NCBI RefSeq assembly: GCF_046119375.1
Contig: NW_027362761.1
Coordinates: 253,022,001 to 253,086,000, forward strand
Reading direction: 5' to 3'
Length of the DNA: 64,000 bases
Origin: Phyllobates terribilis
Taxonomy: Eukaryota
Made by a program: the position numbers and the translations under genes
The notes under the pieces: model-generated
Seen by the model: the letters and a program-made list of their open reading frames with translations, nothing else
What the model was told of the DNA's origin: nothing
Database searches by the model: none
Shown: one piece after another, positions 24,136 through 36,718 of the stretch
Layout of the letters: every line of letters begins with the position of its first letter
Numbering within the stretch: position 1 is the first letter of the stretch

Positions 24136-26469
24136 ACCAATGCTTGTGTGTGCTGCTGAGATGACATCTCCTTTTGCACTGAGTTTGCCCGGTACACAAC
24201 ACCCCGGCTCCTGATATGGATGAACATTTTATGTTTTTGAATATTTGTTCTATAAAACACTATTTTACATGGTTATTCCTCATTTCACATTCTATAAGTA
24301 AGCTACATTTCAAACTTTGGATAATTTTTAGTATTATACATGTCATAGAGGATCTGTCATGCCAAAAAAAACATGTTAAATTTGAGCCAGCTGTTGCATA
24401 CCTTGTTAAAACCAAGCTAGAAGCTGGTACTGCATTAGCTGAGCACCCTGTGGGTTGTGGATCCACATGAGTTGCATTTCTCTTATTGAAGGTTGAGGGC
24501 AGCTCTAATGTCCAACCAGTACAGTCATATAAAACCCTATTTCCTTTACTACAGATTAATGCCTTGTTCAGATGTGATTTTTCTCATATACAAAACGCAA
24601 ATGACTTTCATCAGTGTTTGATCAGCATGTCTGTTCTTACCATCAATTTAATTGGTGATTTTCTCATATGGAAAAGAAAAAATTACAAAGCTTCTCTCCT
24701 ACCCATTGCAATGTTAAAAATGGATTTCACGTGGCTGGCAATGTGTGTTGTCAGCGATTTTTCAAGCACCCATAGACTTGTATGGGTAATTTTAATTTGG
24801 GTCTCAGATTGAAAACTGACTTATCCATATTATTTCTTTGCGGACACTTGTTTTGCAAAAACTATGGACATGTGAACAACTTTATAGATGATAAGGAGTA
24901 CGTGTTCTATCTGTGAAAAAACACAGAGCCAGTACCTGAAAAACATGTCTGAATGAGGCCTTAAAGAAGGGAGTAAGTTTCAGAACAGTTAGAGAACCTG
25001 CAGGCAGGGAAAGATGTACTATAGGTCAGTGGAAGCTGAGGAAATTGCCCTTTCTCTGAACGATACATTACATGATTTCATGTATATTCACCACTGACTT
25101 ATACACATGCTAATCATAGGTAGGCGTTGACGCTGACTCCATTGTGTGGATGTGACCGATTTAACGTCAGCACTTTGGTTAACAAGAGCTGAGGTGCGGC
25201 AGGTAGGTGCCCAATCCTGTATATAATGCAATGTTCTGCACGCTTGCTCACCAAAATGGGACTATTCTTTTATATTTTGAAATGGCCCATATCTTGTGAC
25301 CTTCATCAGACACTTGATGCCAAGCTTGCAGAATGTAGAATTAATTTGGAAAAGCACAGTGTAAGTAGTAGAGCGCTCTACCATTTGCAATGCATTGCCA
25401 TACACTGCTTTTCTAGACTAATTCTACATTCTGTAAGCTTGGCATCAGTCTCTGATGCCGGTCGTACGACTGAAACATGTTCACTCAATCTGAATGTGTC
25501 GTTTGTGAATAAAAGAATACTGATTAACTTCATCTGCCGAGCATTGCATTATATCTCACTGACATAAGTGCTTATGGGCTTTACACTTGTGTAACATTGC
25601 CAGGAAATGGCACTTTTGTATGTATTTTATATTAAAATAAAAAAAATCACAATTTCAAGAAAATACTGCTTTCATGGTTTTTCTAATTGTTCACAGAACA
25701 CATGAATATTTGGTTGCACGCTGCTTGGTATACTATAAATTTCCTGTCTTTACAGACCGCTCCAGAGATATACTGACTGCAAAAGAAGGGATGTTAGGTG
25801 TACATTAGTAAATACTAGTCAGTATCTCAAGGAGGATTCATAATCAAAAATGGTGAAGTTAAAAAAAAAATTAAGAGCAGCTAAGAAATCAAAGGAGTAT
25901 TCCCAACTTGACATTTACCATATTTTTCAGACTATAAGACGCACTTTCCTCCTCAAAAACTTTGGAGGAAAGTGGGGGGTGCGTCTTACCGTCCGAATGT
26001 ATGTGGGGGAGTGGCCGTGGCGGAGATGGTGTGGAATAAACGCAGCAGAGGTTCTAAGGGTGCAATGCATGTAACGTTTAATGAAGTTGCAATAGAGAAA
26101 AACAAGTTTTAACTCTTGGAAGTGCCAAGTTTCCTTATCCTGTTTTTCCCAGTCTCAACTCTAGTACGATTTCTGCATAATATGTGTGAGTAATTCAGTG
26201 CTTCCAAAGAAAAGAAAGAAGCTTGCACAGCCACCTTGCGATCAAAGTGGTGGGAGAAGCAGAAGAACCAGGTTGCAGTGTGATGGATTAAAAGATTATG
26301 AAGAGTGTCTGACTGGAGGCCACACCAATTGTAAATAGTCTAGAAGGAAGAAGATGAGGATATATACAGACATATTTTGAAGTTGAGAGGGAAATTTGAG
26401 GCTGGAGGTGGTAATAGTGTGGGCTGAAGGACTGGGCAGAATCAACTATGCTCCTGAGACTAGGAAGCC

Positions 26470-28366
26470 TTGTACAAGGCCATTACTGTGATAGGTCTAG
26501 TAAATAACCTGGGTAAAATCATAGAGGGCGATGAGGGTAAAGCAAACCTACTCAATAGCTTCTTCTCCACTGTTTTCACAAAAGAAAACAATTTATCGGA
26601 GGAAATGCTGAGTGATAAAGTAAACCCTCCGCTAAATATCACCCACCTAACCCAGGAGGAAGTTCAGAAACACCTAAATAATATCAAAATAGACAAGTCA
26701 CCAGGCCCAGATGACATACACCCCCGGGTACTAAAAGAATTAAGTAATGTGATAGACAGACCGCTGTGTCTTATATTGAAGCACTCTTTATGGACAGGGA
26801 CTGTCCCACTAGACTGGCGCCAAGCAAATGTGGTACCAATATTCAAAAAAGGGGTCTAAAAGGGACTCTGGGAACTATAGACCAGTAAGCTTAACGTCTG
26901 TTGTGGGTAAATTGTTTGAAGGATTTCTTAGAGATGCTATTGTAGAATATCTTAATGATAATAACTGTCTAACTCCATATCAACATGGATTCATGAGGGA
27001 TCGCTCCTGCCAAACAAACCTGATCGCCTTCTACGAGGAGGTGAGCTCACAGCTGGACCGGGGAGAGTCAGTGGATGTTGTATACCTTGACTTCTCCAAA
27101 GCGTTTGATACCGTGCCACACAAAAGGTTGGTATATAAAATGAGAATGCTTGGTCTGGGGGATAATGTGTGCAAGTGGGTAAATAGCTGGCTGAGTGATA
27201 GAAAGCAGAGGGTGGTTATCAATGGAGTAAGCTCAGGGGGTGTCAGGGTTACTAGCGGGGTGTCTCAAGGGTCTGTCTTGGGCCCTATATTATTTAATAT
27301 ATTAATGATGGTTGCATAGTAAAATAGCAATATTTGCAGATGATACTAAACTTTGTAAAGTAGTTAATACAGATGAGGATAGGGCACAGCTACAGGAGGA
27401 AATAGATAAATTGGGGAGTTGGGCCAAAAAATGGCAAATGGGGTTCAATGCCGATAAATGTAAGGTCATGCACATGGGAAAGAAAAACAGCAGTCACCCA
27501 TACATATTAAATGGGAAACCTTTGGGGAAATCTGACATGGAGAAGGACCTGGGCGTCTTGGTTAACAGCAAATTAAATTGGAGTGCCCAGTGTCAGGCAG
27601 CAGCTGCGAAGGCAAATAGAGTCATGGCATGCATCAGAAGAGGAATAGGGGCATATGATGAGAACATTGTTCTTCCTCTGTATAAAGCGCTGGTAAGGCC
27701 GCACTTAGAATATTGTGCACAGTTCTGGGCTCCGGTGCTCAGGAAAGACATATCGGAGCTAGAGAGGGTACAAAGGAGGGCAACTAAGGTAATAAAGGGA
27801 ATGGAGGGACTAGAATACCCAGAGAGGTTGTCAAAATTAGGCCTATTTACGTTGGAAAAGAGAAGGCTTAGGGGAGACCTCATAAACATGTATAAATACA
27901 TCATGGGGCAGTACAGAGATCTCTCCCATAACCTGTTTATACCAAGGATGGTGACAAAGATGAGGGGGCACACTGTGCGTCTGGAGGAAAGGAGGTTCCT
28001 GCACCAGCATAGAAGGGGATTCTTTACGGTCAGAGCCGTGAGACTCTGGCACTTTCTGGGAGAGGAAGTGGTGATGTCCAACTCACTTAATGAGTTCAAG
28101 AGAGGCCTGGATGCCTTTCTTGAGAACAATAAAATTACATCTTATGCTTAGTGATAGATTAAATCCCTGGATTAATTAACTGACTGCCAGATTGGAGTCG
28201 GGAAGTGAATTTTTCCTCAATGATGTAAATTGGCCTATACCGCATGGTTTTTTTTTTGCCTTCCCCTGGATCAACGCTGCGGAATAGCTGCAGTGCACAA
28301 GAAATAGGCTGAACTGGATGGACGCTTGTCTTTTTTTGGCCTTATAAACTATGTAAAACTATGTAA
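26470..28366 (+). mobile_element. 5'-truncated CR1 LINE (ORF2 reverse transcriptase, 3'UTR)
   Basis: Overlapping ORFs 26470-26859, 26828-27319, 27312-28151 with KSPGPDDIHPRVLKEL, GNYRPVSLTS, YLDFSKAFDTV, SQGSVLGP, FADDTKL, RPHLEYC; 3' tail AAACTATGT repeats. Confidence 0.95.
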
Positions 28367-29654
28367 CTGGTGAGTTCGATGTGGGATAATTAATTGTATT
28401 TGTCTGAATCAGGTGACTCTTAAAAGTGGCATGCGCCTTGCCACAGTTCGTCGTGAATTAAACTAGCGAGCGTTGCTACGCCCCATCACACCCCTGTCCT
28501 GCCTTTGCTCTGCCCATTTCAGATCCGGCTGAAACTGGTGTGAAAACCCTCAATTAGCAAGATTTTTGTACAACCTTGCATTGTACTGTAGTACAACTGC
28601 GCAAGACTTTTGTGACATTTCAAAACAGCGCAAATGATGAATTTGGCTAAAACATCTGGGTTAGTAAAACCATACTCCAAATGCAGAACAAAATATAAAA
28701 AAAACAACACATGAAACCAAGTAAAGTTAAACTTAAAGACCCAAATTAAATAATGAATTAGGCAAAAGTAAGTCACTATTGGAACCATTTTTACTCCAAA
28801 GAAAAGGCACACAGAGATTGATGAATCTGGGTCATAGGCTGGTCTTGAGGGGGCATGTTGGAGTCATATACCTTTTCATGTATCAGGAGAGCACCTGCTG
28901 GAGTTGGGAGATTCTGGCGTGCAGACTCCAAAAGTTGCAAAATTTAGATGCAACTCCAAGCCGTGCCCAAATTTATCAAAAAAGTGCAGGAAATTCATGA
29001 ATTTGGCACAAAGAAAAGAGGGCTTTTTTGTGACTTTTAAACAGTGTCGCAATTTGGCACCACAATCGCAAAAAATGTGCGAAAATTTTAGCATGCTCAA
29101 AAAATAAACCAGGGAGAGTGGAGTGGAATTGCACCAAAACTCCACCCACGAAACAAGAAAAATAGGCAAGCACATAAAAAAAATAAAGGAGCTAAAAAAC
29201 ACAAAACTAGAATGAACACAGGAACAAAGGCATTGATAAATCGGGCCTAAAGGTATTATTGGTGAGGTTCAGGAGAGGGCCAAATCTATGGTGCCAAGAT
29301 GTGGCAGAATTCGTAACAGGTGAATTGTAACCTACTATAGTGAAATATGAAGCACCGGAACATAAAATATTTGTATAGTACCAATAAATGTAGCCCATAA
29401 AACCATGAGTTAACCAGAAAGTATATACAAAGTTTATTAGCTAAACATATGGACACCATTAGCATAAATTATAGCTATACATATATCAATATACCCCTAG
29501 ACCAGTAGTGTACCCCTTGGTCCGTTTCTAGATTAATAATCAGATCCTATCTACCACCCATGACAATTGAGTGTCTAGAGATATATGGAATAAACTGGCA
29601 TTGTAGCAACCTGTGAATAAAAAAGGAGTGGAAACCTGAAGGTACAAAAGGGAA

Positions 29655-29692
29655 ACCCCACGCGTTACGCCTTTTCAGGCTTCCTCAGGGGT
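29655..29692 (-). ncRNA. Degenerate minimal type-I hammerhead ribozyme motif (Penelope/retrozyme-like)
   Basis: Minus strand ACCC-CTGAGGA-A-GCCT GAAA AGGC-GTAA-CGCG-T-G-GGGT: stem I, core CUGANGA, stem II hairpin, palindromic stem III; core reads GUAA instead of GAAA. Confidence 0.55.
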
Positions 29693-30048
29693 ATGACATG
29701 AATTCGTAACAGGCTGAAATGGTCAAGTCTTATCAAAGTTGGAGAAGGGGTTGTAAGTCTTTAGCCGTTAACAAATCAATAGTGTCTTTAAAATTGTAAG
29801 GGGTAGTTCACACAGGTCGTAATTGTAGTTGGTGACTGTACCAGCATAGTGGATGAGAAGTTATGAAACCTGAAATGTCGCTGCAGATATTACATTTATG
29901 AAGCGGATATTCACTGTGCATTTCATCCTTTGCAATGTGAGATATCAGGTAGACTTTGAAATGCGTTGAGAATAAACTACATATTCTTCAAACTTCAAGG
30001 ACCTCAGAACTTCTTTTTTACCACAGTATTATCCCCTTTTCCACTATA

Positions 30049-30967
30049 CACTGTGTTCCAAATTATTATGCAAATAATATTTTCTCAGATTTTCCCAAAT
30101 TACCTATATGAATTGCAGTCATTGTAATTTTCCAGTCAAATAACTATTAGAGTACAATTGAAAGGTTTTTGTACAAACTGCCTATGATAACAGTATATTT
30201 TTAAAAAAATAAAACACTCAAACTGCACTCAAAATGCATGTTCCAAATTATTATGCACAGCAGAGTTTTCTACCTTTACATTTTAATAAAGAACAAAAAA
30301 ATGGTCATTTTTGAAATGATAATGCCCCGTCTCATGCTGCACATAACACATCTGCATCTCTGGCTGCTATGGGCATAAAAGGGGACAAACTTATGGTGTG
30401 ACCCCCATGCTCCCCTGACCTCAACCCCATTGAGAACCTCTGGAGCATCATCAAAAGGAGTGTCTATGATGGCGGGAGGCAGTTCACATCTAAGCAACAG
30501 CTCTGGGAGGGTATTCTGTCCTCATGCAAAACAATTGAAGCAGAAACCATCCAAAACCTGACAAATTCAATGGATGAGTGAGTTCAGAAGCTCCTTTCGA
30601 CCAAGGGGTCCTATGTGCAAATGTAACATCACCTAGAATAAAGTTTTGAGTTGAAAACTGTTTGATTTCAGTTTGTAATAACTTGCTAATGCTTATAATT
30701 TCAAAAATGACCATTTTTTTGTTCTTTATTAAAATGAAAAGGTTGAAAACTCTGCTGTGCATAATAATTTGGAACATGCATTTTGAGTGCAGTTTGAGTT
30801 TTTGATTTTTTTTAAAAATATACTGTTATCATAGGCAGTTTGTACAAAAACCTTTCACTTGTACTCTAATAGTTATTTGACTGGAAAATTACAATGACTG
30901 CAATTCATATAGGTAATTTGGGAAAATCTGAGAAAATATTATTTGCATAATAATTTGGAACACAGTG
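30049..30967 (+). mobile_element. Non-autonomous Tc1-like element with ~280-bp TIRs
   Basis: TA flanks; CACTGTGTTCCAAATTATTATGC ends with inner DR; centre keeps only the transposase C-terminus ([19 protein letters not shown]). Confidence 0.9.
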
Positions 30968-33607
30968 TATATCCTGAAAGTCGTGGTGTATGAATAGTGA
31001 ATTTTCTGCTCAATATGATTGTTCACAGTTGATAAAGTAGAAAGAGCTTAGGATGCAAAGGTTAACTAGGTCTGGTTTTTTTCAACTTGTTCAGTGAACA
31101 TGTGCTCGACACCACAAAACTTGAAAGTGCCCATGGTAAAATGCAGATAGGAATACAGGGGTGAGATTCCTGCCTATGTCTATGTCAAACTCCTAGAATC
31201 CTAAAGGTCTCATTAACATGTTGTAGATTTTGTCAATATTTTTCTACAAAACAGCAATATATTCAGTAGAAAAAAACTCCTCTGGAACCCAAGCCTTTAT
31301 GTTTACCTTCATAAGTATGTTTTTCCCTGCTCTATTACATCATAAACAATAGGCACCTTTGCAAATACTTTATTTTTAAATCGTACCTGTCATTTCAGAA
31401 TAAGCTGTCATGAGTGCACATGAAGATTAACACCAATCTGGTCATTAAATGGCTTTATCATCTGTCATTTTTAGTTGTTTTTGAGCTGGTGGGTAGAGAT
31501 AGCCTTGATACTGCAGTGCTGAGCAGTGTAGCTGGAAATACAATTCTTGGGTGATTTCATTCTGCTCCATCCCCTCCATATATTTCAAAACACTGCTGTA
31601 ATCTGCTCCCTCAGTGAACTGGGCTATTGGGTAGAGTATGATTTCATGCTGCAGTACTGAGCATTATAGCTAGAAATACAGCTCTTGGTTGATTTCACTT
31701 TTTCTCCCCCTCCATAGACTTCAAAAGACCACTGTGATCTGCTTCCTCAGTGAACTGGTAGTCCAAAGGATTTGTTGGAGGCTCACCCGGTGCAGTGGAT
31801 TCGCTAAGCTGTTGCTCAGGGTGAGCAAAAAAGACCGGAGTTCATGGTGCAGCAGAGCGGGTCTTTCTGTACAACACATGAATCAGCGAGGACTAGGGCA
31901 GGGGGCTATGACATACCAATGAAGCTGGAAGCACCAGACAAAGCAGAACCAGATGTGCGGATACACAAGGGAACAGCAGATTGCCTATCCATCTATCTGG
32001 TAACTTATTTGCAAAGATATGATTACACACAAGAACAGTAGATGTACAGGCAATCTAATAACTTAAGCCTGATTAGAGGTTGTTCACAGGAAGAGAACTT
32101 TAGAGGCGAATAGTTTGGTACCTTGCTTGCAGAGACAGGTCTGAAATGCACCAGCATTAGCAGAGGTGAGATTGTAATAAGGTACATTTTTGTTATAGCA
32201 CAATTGATAGTGAAATAGCACCAGTCCTCATGACTGAACTAGAAAGTAGTTGCAGATTGCTGAATAACAGAAGTTTTCCGGGGGAGATTAGACACCTGGT
32301 TGGAGCAGAGTGAAGTCGATAATGAGACAAACTCATTTAAAACATATAGTAGCTAGGGACTATGCTTCCCAAATACTCAGGTAGCTGGCTAAAGCACAAG
32401 TCAGACTTAGTGATAATGTCAGAGGTGTTTGCCGAGTTACCAGAGTAACCCCATGTGGACTATGGCAAAAACAGCCAGCCACAGGCGAAAGGAGCAAGGC
32501 GTTGTGCTGGAGCCCAGGCAGGTGAATATCAGGATTTTAGAAGTATTTCTCACAAGATATATTACCAAGTTTCTTACTCTTGCTTTTGATTTACACAGTT
32601 TGTTGAAATGACAGTGCCCATTTAGTCTATCATTTTGTTTCTACAGCTAGTATATAGTGCTCAGCAGTTTCCAGGTTACATACCATAAGCAAACCCTTCG
32701 TAGCCTAATTCTGCATTCATTCTCCTTTCGACACTACAAAGTGCAAGACAGCAAGGAGATAACTAGAAAAGTTTATATTACCTGGCCCCACATGGATTAC
32801 AAAAAAAAAAAAAAAAGGACCACAAACAGCCCTTCGCCAACTCCAAAAATAGAACAACTTGGTCAAGAAATCATGAAGGGCATTAAGTATTTTGGAGCAG
32901 ACTGCTATACCTTATGAAGAGTTGAACAAAGTCACTGATCAGACCATTGTACATACCTGGTTTGATCCCCATGTCTAAATGCCTCTGTTGTACAGTGATA
33001 TAAGCGATGCCTTACAATGACATAGATCTAGGACATTTGTAAACTTTCTCTAGAGTTCTGCTGGAAGTCTTGTAGCTGTCGATCAGGTTCACAAATAAGC
33101 TTCAGGATTAAACTTTCCAATGTTCCAAGCCAAAATCCATGCAGAAGCATAAAGAAACAGCAACGATCTATAAAACCCCTTATAGCACTGTTGGTTTATT
33201 GAAAAAGTGAACAATAAATCACAGAATGTGCGCATTAATAATTAAAACAATATGTTACAGGAAAAAGGCCTCACCACATAGAAAAGTGTTATTAAATGCC
33301 CCAAACCTTTTGGCACCCTTTACTTGTATCACTCCAATAAGAAGGATTTTCTACACCAGCAGTCAGACAAACATACTTCTGAGTTATGGGAAGGCAGCCT
33401 GCCATACGCAGACAACGTGTGCATCATTTCCAACAGGGCCGTGGAATCGTAGTTCGTTTTTGTTGGAGTCAGTAGAAAGCCAATTCCATCTTAAAAATCA
33501 ATTTCATCCATTATTAATATTGGTTAATTAAGTTATTAGCTTTCATGGCAATAGAGACACATTTCAAAATGTTAAATAAGGAGTTTAGAAAAAATAATAT
33601 TATTTAA

Positions 33608-34152
33608 ATTGGTTTTCCCACAAACAAAGTACATTTTAACCAATAGATCTTTGAATAATAATAATTTCCACAATTGGAGGTGTTTAAATAAAATGTTCCT
33701 GTGCTGAGATAATCTTATAAATGTGCCCCTGCTGTGTACTGTGTAATGGCTGTGTCTGACCGTGCAGGAATATGGTCTGATCATACCACAGCTCCTGGAC
33801 AGGGGAGGAAGCAAAAGAGTATACAGACATTACAGCAGGAGATCATAGCTACTGCTTTCTGTCAAGTAAAACATTTGCTGCTTGTTTTTAAACATGTTTT
33901 ACCTCAAGAATCAGCTGCCATCTCCTGCTGTAATGTCTGTATACTCTTTTGCTCCTCCTCTGCCAGGAGTTGTGGTATGATCAGACATGTTTCTGCACAG
34001 TCAGACACATCCATTACACAGTACACAGCAGGGGCACATTTGTAAGATTATCTCAGCACAGGAACATTTTATTTAAACACATCCAAATGTGGAAGCTATC
34101 TTTATACCAAGATCTGTTGATTAAAGTGTACTTTGTTCGTGGGAAAACCCCT
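33608..34152. mobile_element. TTAA-type fold-back MITE
   Basis: GGTTTTCCCACAAACAAAG ... CTTTGTTCGTGGGAAAACCCCT|TTAA; long internal palindrome. Confidence 0.7.
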
Positions 34153-36649
34153 TTAAACAACAGTGATGTTACCATTTTGCTAAACTAAAATTTCTTATTA
34201 CTATTTATTGGCCATTTATGAAGTAGCTGGATATTTATTGTGGAAAAATAGTGGAGTTGGAGTCAGAACCTCGGCTTACTGAATCCACTGCCCTGGTTTT
34301 AAATTCTCGTAGAAACATGAACATACTATAGCAGTGTTCCCCAACAGATCATGTTTTCAGTAATTCCCTAGTATATTGCACAGGTGATGGAATTATTACA
34401 TGGGCAATATTATGGCAATCCTGAAAACTAGCACTGTTGGTGGCTCGAGGACTGGAGTTGGGGGACACTGTACTACAGCCTGAAGCAGGTCATAAACTTA
34501 CAATAGCTGGATGTAGACAACAACTATTCTTCCCCATTCCATCACGAAGATGGCAGCATCTTAACTCCCATAGGAACAAAGTATCAGATATATTGAAATA
34601 CAATATGTCTACGCCTTATTTTTATCTTATCTGCTGTCAAGAGAGAAAAATCAGGAAATCTCTAACATTTCAGCCTGGCGCTGATCATGTTAACGAAGAC
34701 CTTTCACTGCTTTTTTTCCTTCTATTTGTAACTGCGTGCGTCACCATAAAGGATCTGAAAATCTGATTTTATTTATTTATTTATTTTTTTTACCAAACAC
34801 TCCATTGTGGGGATAATTGGCTTCTGAATTTTAGTGCATTCAATGAGCAAATTTGACTTTCAACTAAGGACATGTTAATAGAGATTCTTCTCTGAGGGCA
34901 TTTACTTTTTTTTCCCTGTAAAGTGCTGCCCAATCATAAAAAGATAACATCATACAGGGGAGAAAAAAAAAAACTAACAGCCTTAAAGAAAGTAAAAACA
35001 AGTATCTTCAGCGTGACCTGCTATGTACTGATGTGTCTCACTTGACCACACTCAGAACTCTATCATTACAGTGCTGGGAAAAGAGGACCGCCACAGCGAG
35101 GCACAGTGGAGCACATCGGTCCAGCAGTGACTGTTGCTTACAATGCTCTGGTCTTCGTACAGGTATCGGGCATACCATCAATCTTCTTATTCCCTGATGC
35201 CTGGAGTAGTAGAAGAGCAGTGTCGGTGACAAATGCTGCTCCGGTGCGCCACGCAGGGACAGGAGTGAGGAGCTCTCAGCGTGGTAAAGTAAGACATCAG
35301 TGTTTTGACCTTCTCTGGCTGTGTTTATTCCCCCCTCCCATAGGACGCTGTTGTGCTATGATTGAGTAGCGTCAATCATAGAGGTGAGTTGTAAAGGCCC
35401 CCAGAGAAAAATCTCTGTTAATTCCACCTTGGTTAAACAGGAGATTTGCATATTGGTCACAATAAAATTCAGTAGCCTATAGTGGATAAAAAACATTTTC
35501 ATCAACTCTTCAGCCAAAACTTATATTCCAGTTCATCTCTTTAGGTTTTTGTTTATTCTTCAGCCCCTTTATGTTGAGGTAGGCAGTTAAACAGTGAAAG
35601 GTCCTCTTTAAAACAGATCTAATAAAGTCTCCTATATGAAATGTATTTATAGAAAAATATTCCAATGGGAGATATGTTTTACCAGGGATGTCTGGAAGCC
35701 AACACTTACACTGGCCACATGCCTTAGGTAATTGCTGAATTGCCATTTTTCTCAATAACCTTCTCAAACACGTACGCAGGGTTGCCAACCGTCCAGAAAC
35801 TCCAGGACAGTCCATAAAAATATGGCACATTTTTGCCCTGTCCGTAGAAAAAAAATAAATTGAGGATTTTTTTGAATCAGCAGAAACTTATACAGATTAT
35901 TTTGTCTGTAATTTTCAACATTTTACAGTGAATGCAGCTGATGTCTTCTTATCAGAATGATGGGCTGGGACATGTATCACTTATAATCATAATGATTTGT
36001 TATGGTTTTCCAATGTGTCCGTAAAAAATATTGTCCGTGATTTTTTGGTAAGCCGTCCAGAAAAAATAAAAAGTCAAGTTGGCAACCCTGCATGTACGCT
36101 TGGCCCAGGAATGAAATAAAAGTCCCTCGTTCATAATTTGTCTCTCTTTTAGGACCCACTCTTGGCTTTAGCTAAAAGAAACTACATTTGTGAATCCAGC
36201 CTGAAGTTCATGACCAGCTTTACACTAGCACAGTTTTTGGCATGCCTTGGATAAGTCTAAAATGGTGTGGCTCCTTGGTGAATCCACTTAGGGCTGTTGG
36301 CACGACATTGAGAAGTAGCTGTAAACTGCAAAATTACATGATGACTCCACATTAGAAGACTAAGTCCTGTTAAAATTCAATCTCAATTATTTTGTGACGT
36401 AATGCAGCTCCGTTCTTCCTTGACAACAGTTTTCTAAAATAATTCTCTCTAGATTTCTTCTGTATTACTGGCACATATTTTACAACTGACCCTTTAACAT
36501 AACAAATTATTACAATTAACTTTTTAAAGAAATGTTACAGTAAAAGTTCAGTCTTGAAAAATTATTGCTTAGAAAAATTAGTTGGTTCCTGTTGTCATTG
36601 TAGTTTCTTCGGACTGGCCCATCGTTGGCACCACAGATGGCTGTCTCGG

Positions 36650-36718
36650 TCATTTCCTTGTGGAAGCCAAGTATGCATACCAGAAGAAGGCGACTATATT
36701 TGCAAATAATACTCGGAA
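36650..36718 (-). CDS. PXMP2: PXMP2 exon 5 (to stop)
   Basis: CAG|[22 protein letters not shown]. Confidence 0.95.
   Translation of the reverse strand, partial: FRVLFANIVAFFWYAYLASTRK

Noticed and set aside
27593-28129. 178-aa antisense ORF
   Set aside because: Shadow of CR1 ORF2.
31740-32612. Possible solo LTR
   Set aside because: Composition is suggestive, but I could not define both termini or a TSD.
24136-36649. An additional host gene (e.g. PGAM5 or MRPL43) between TWNK and PXMP2
   Set aside because: No exon-like sequence recognised by eye; the interval looks like TE remnants. A tblastn search would be needed to exclude small exons.
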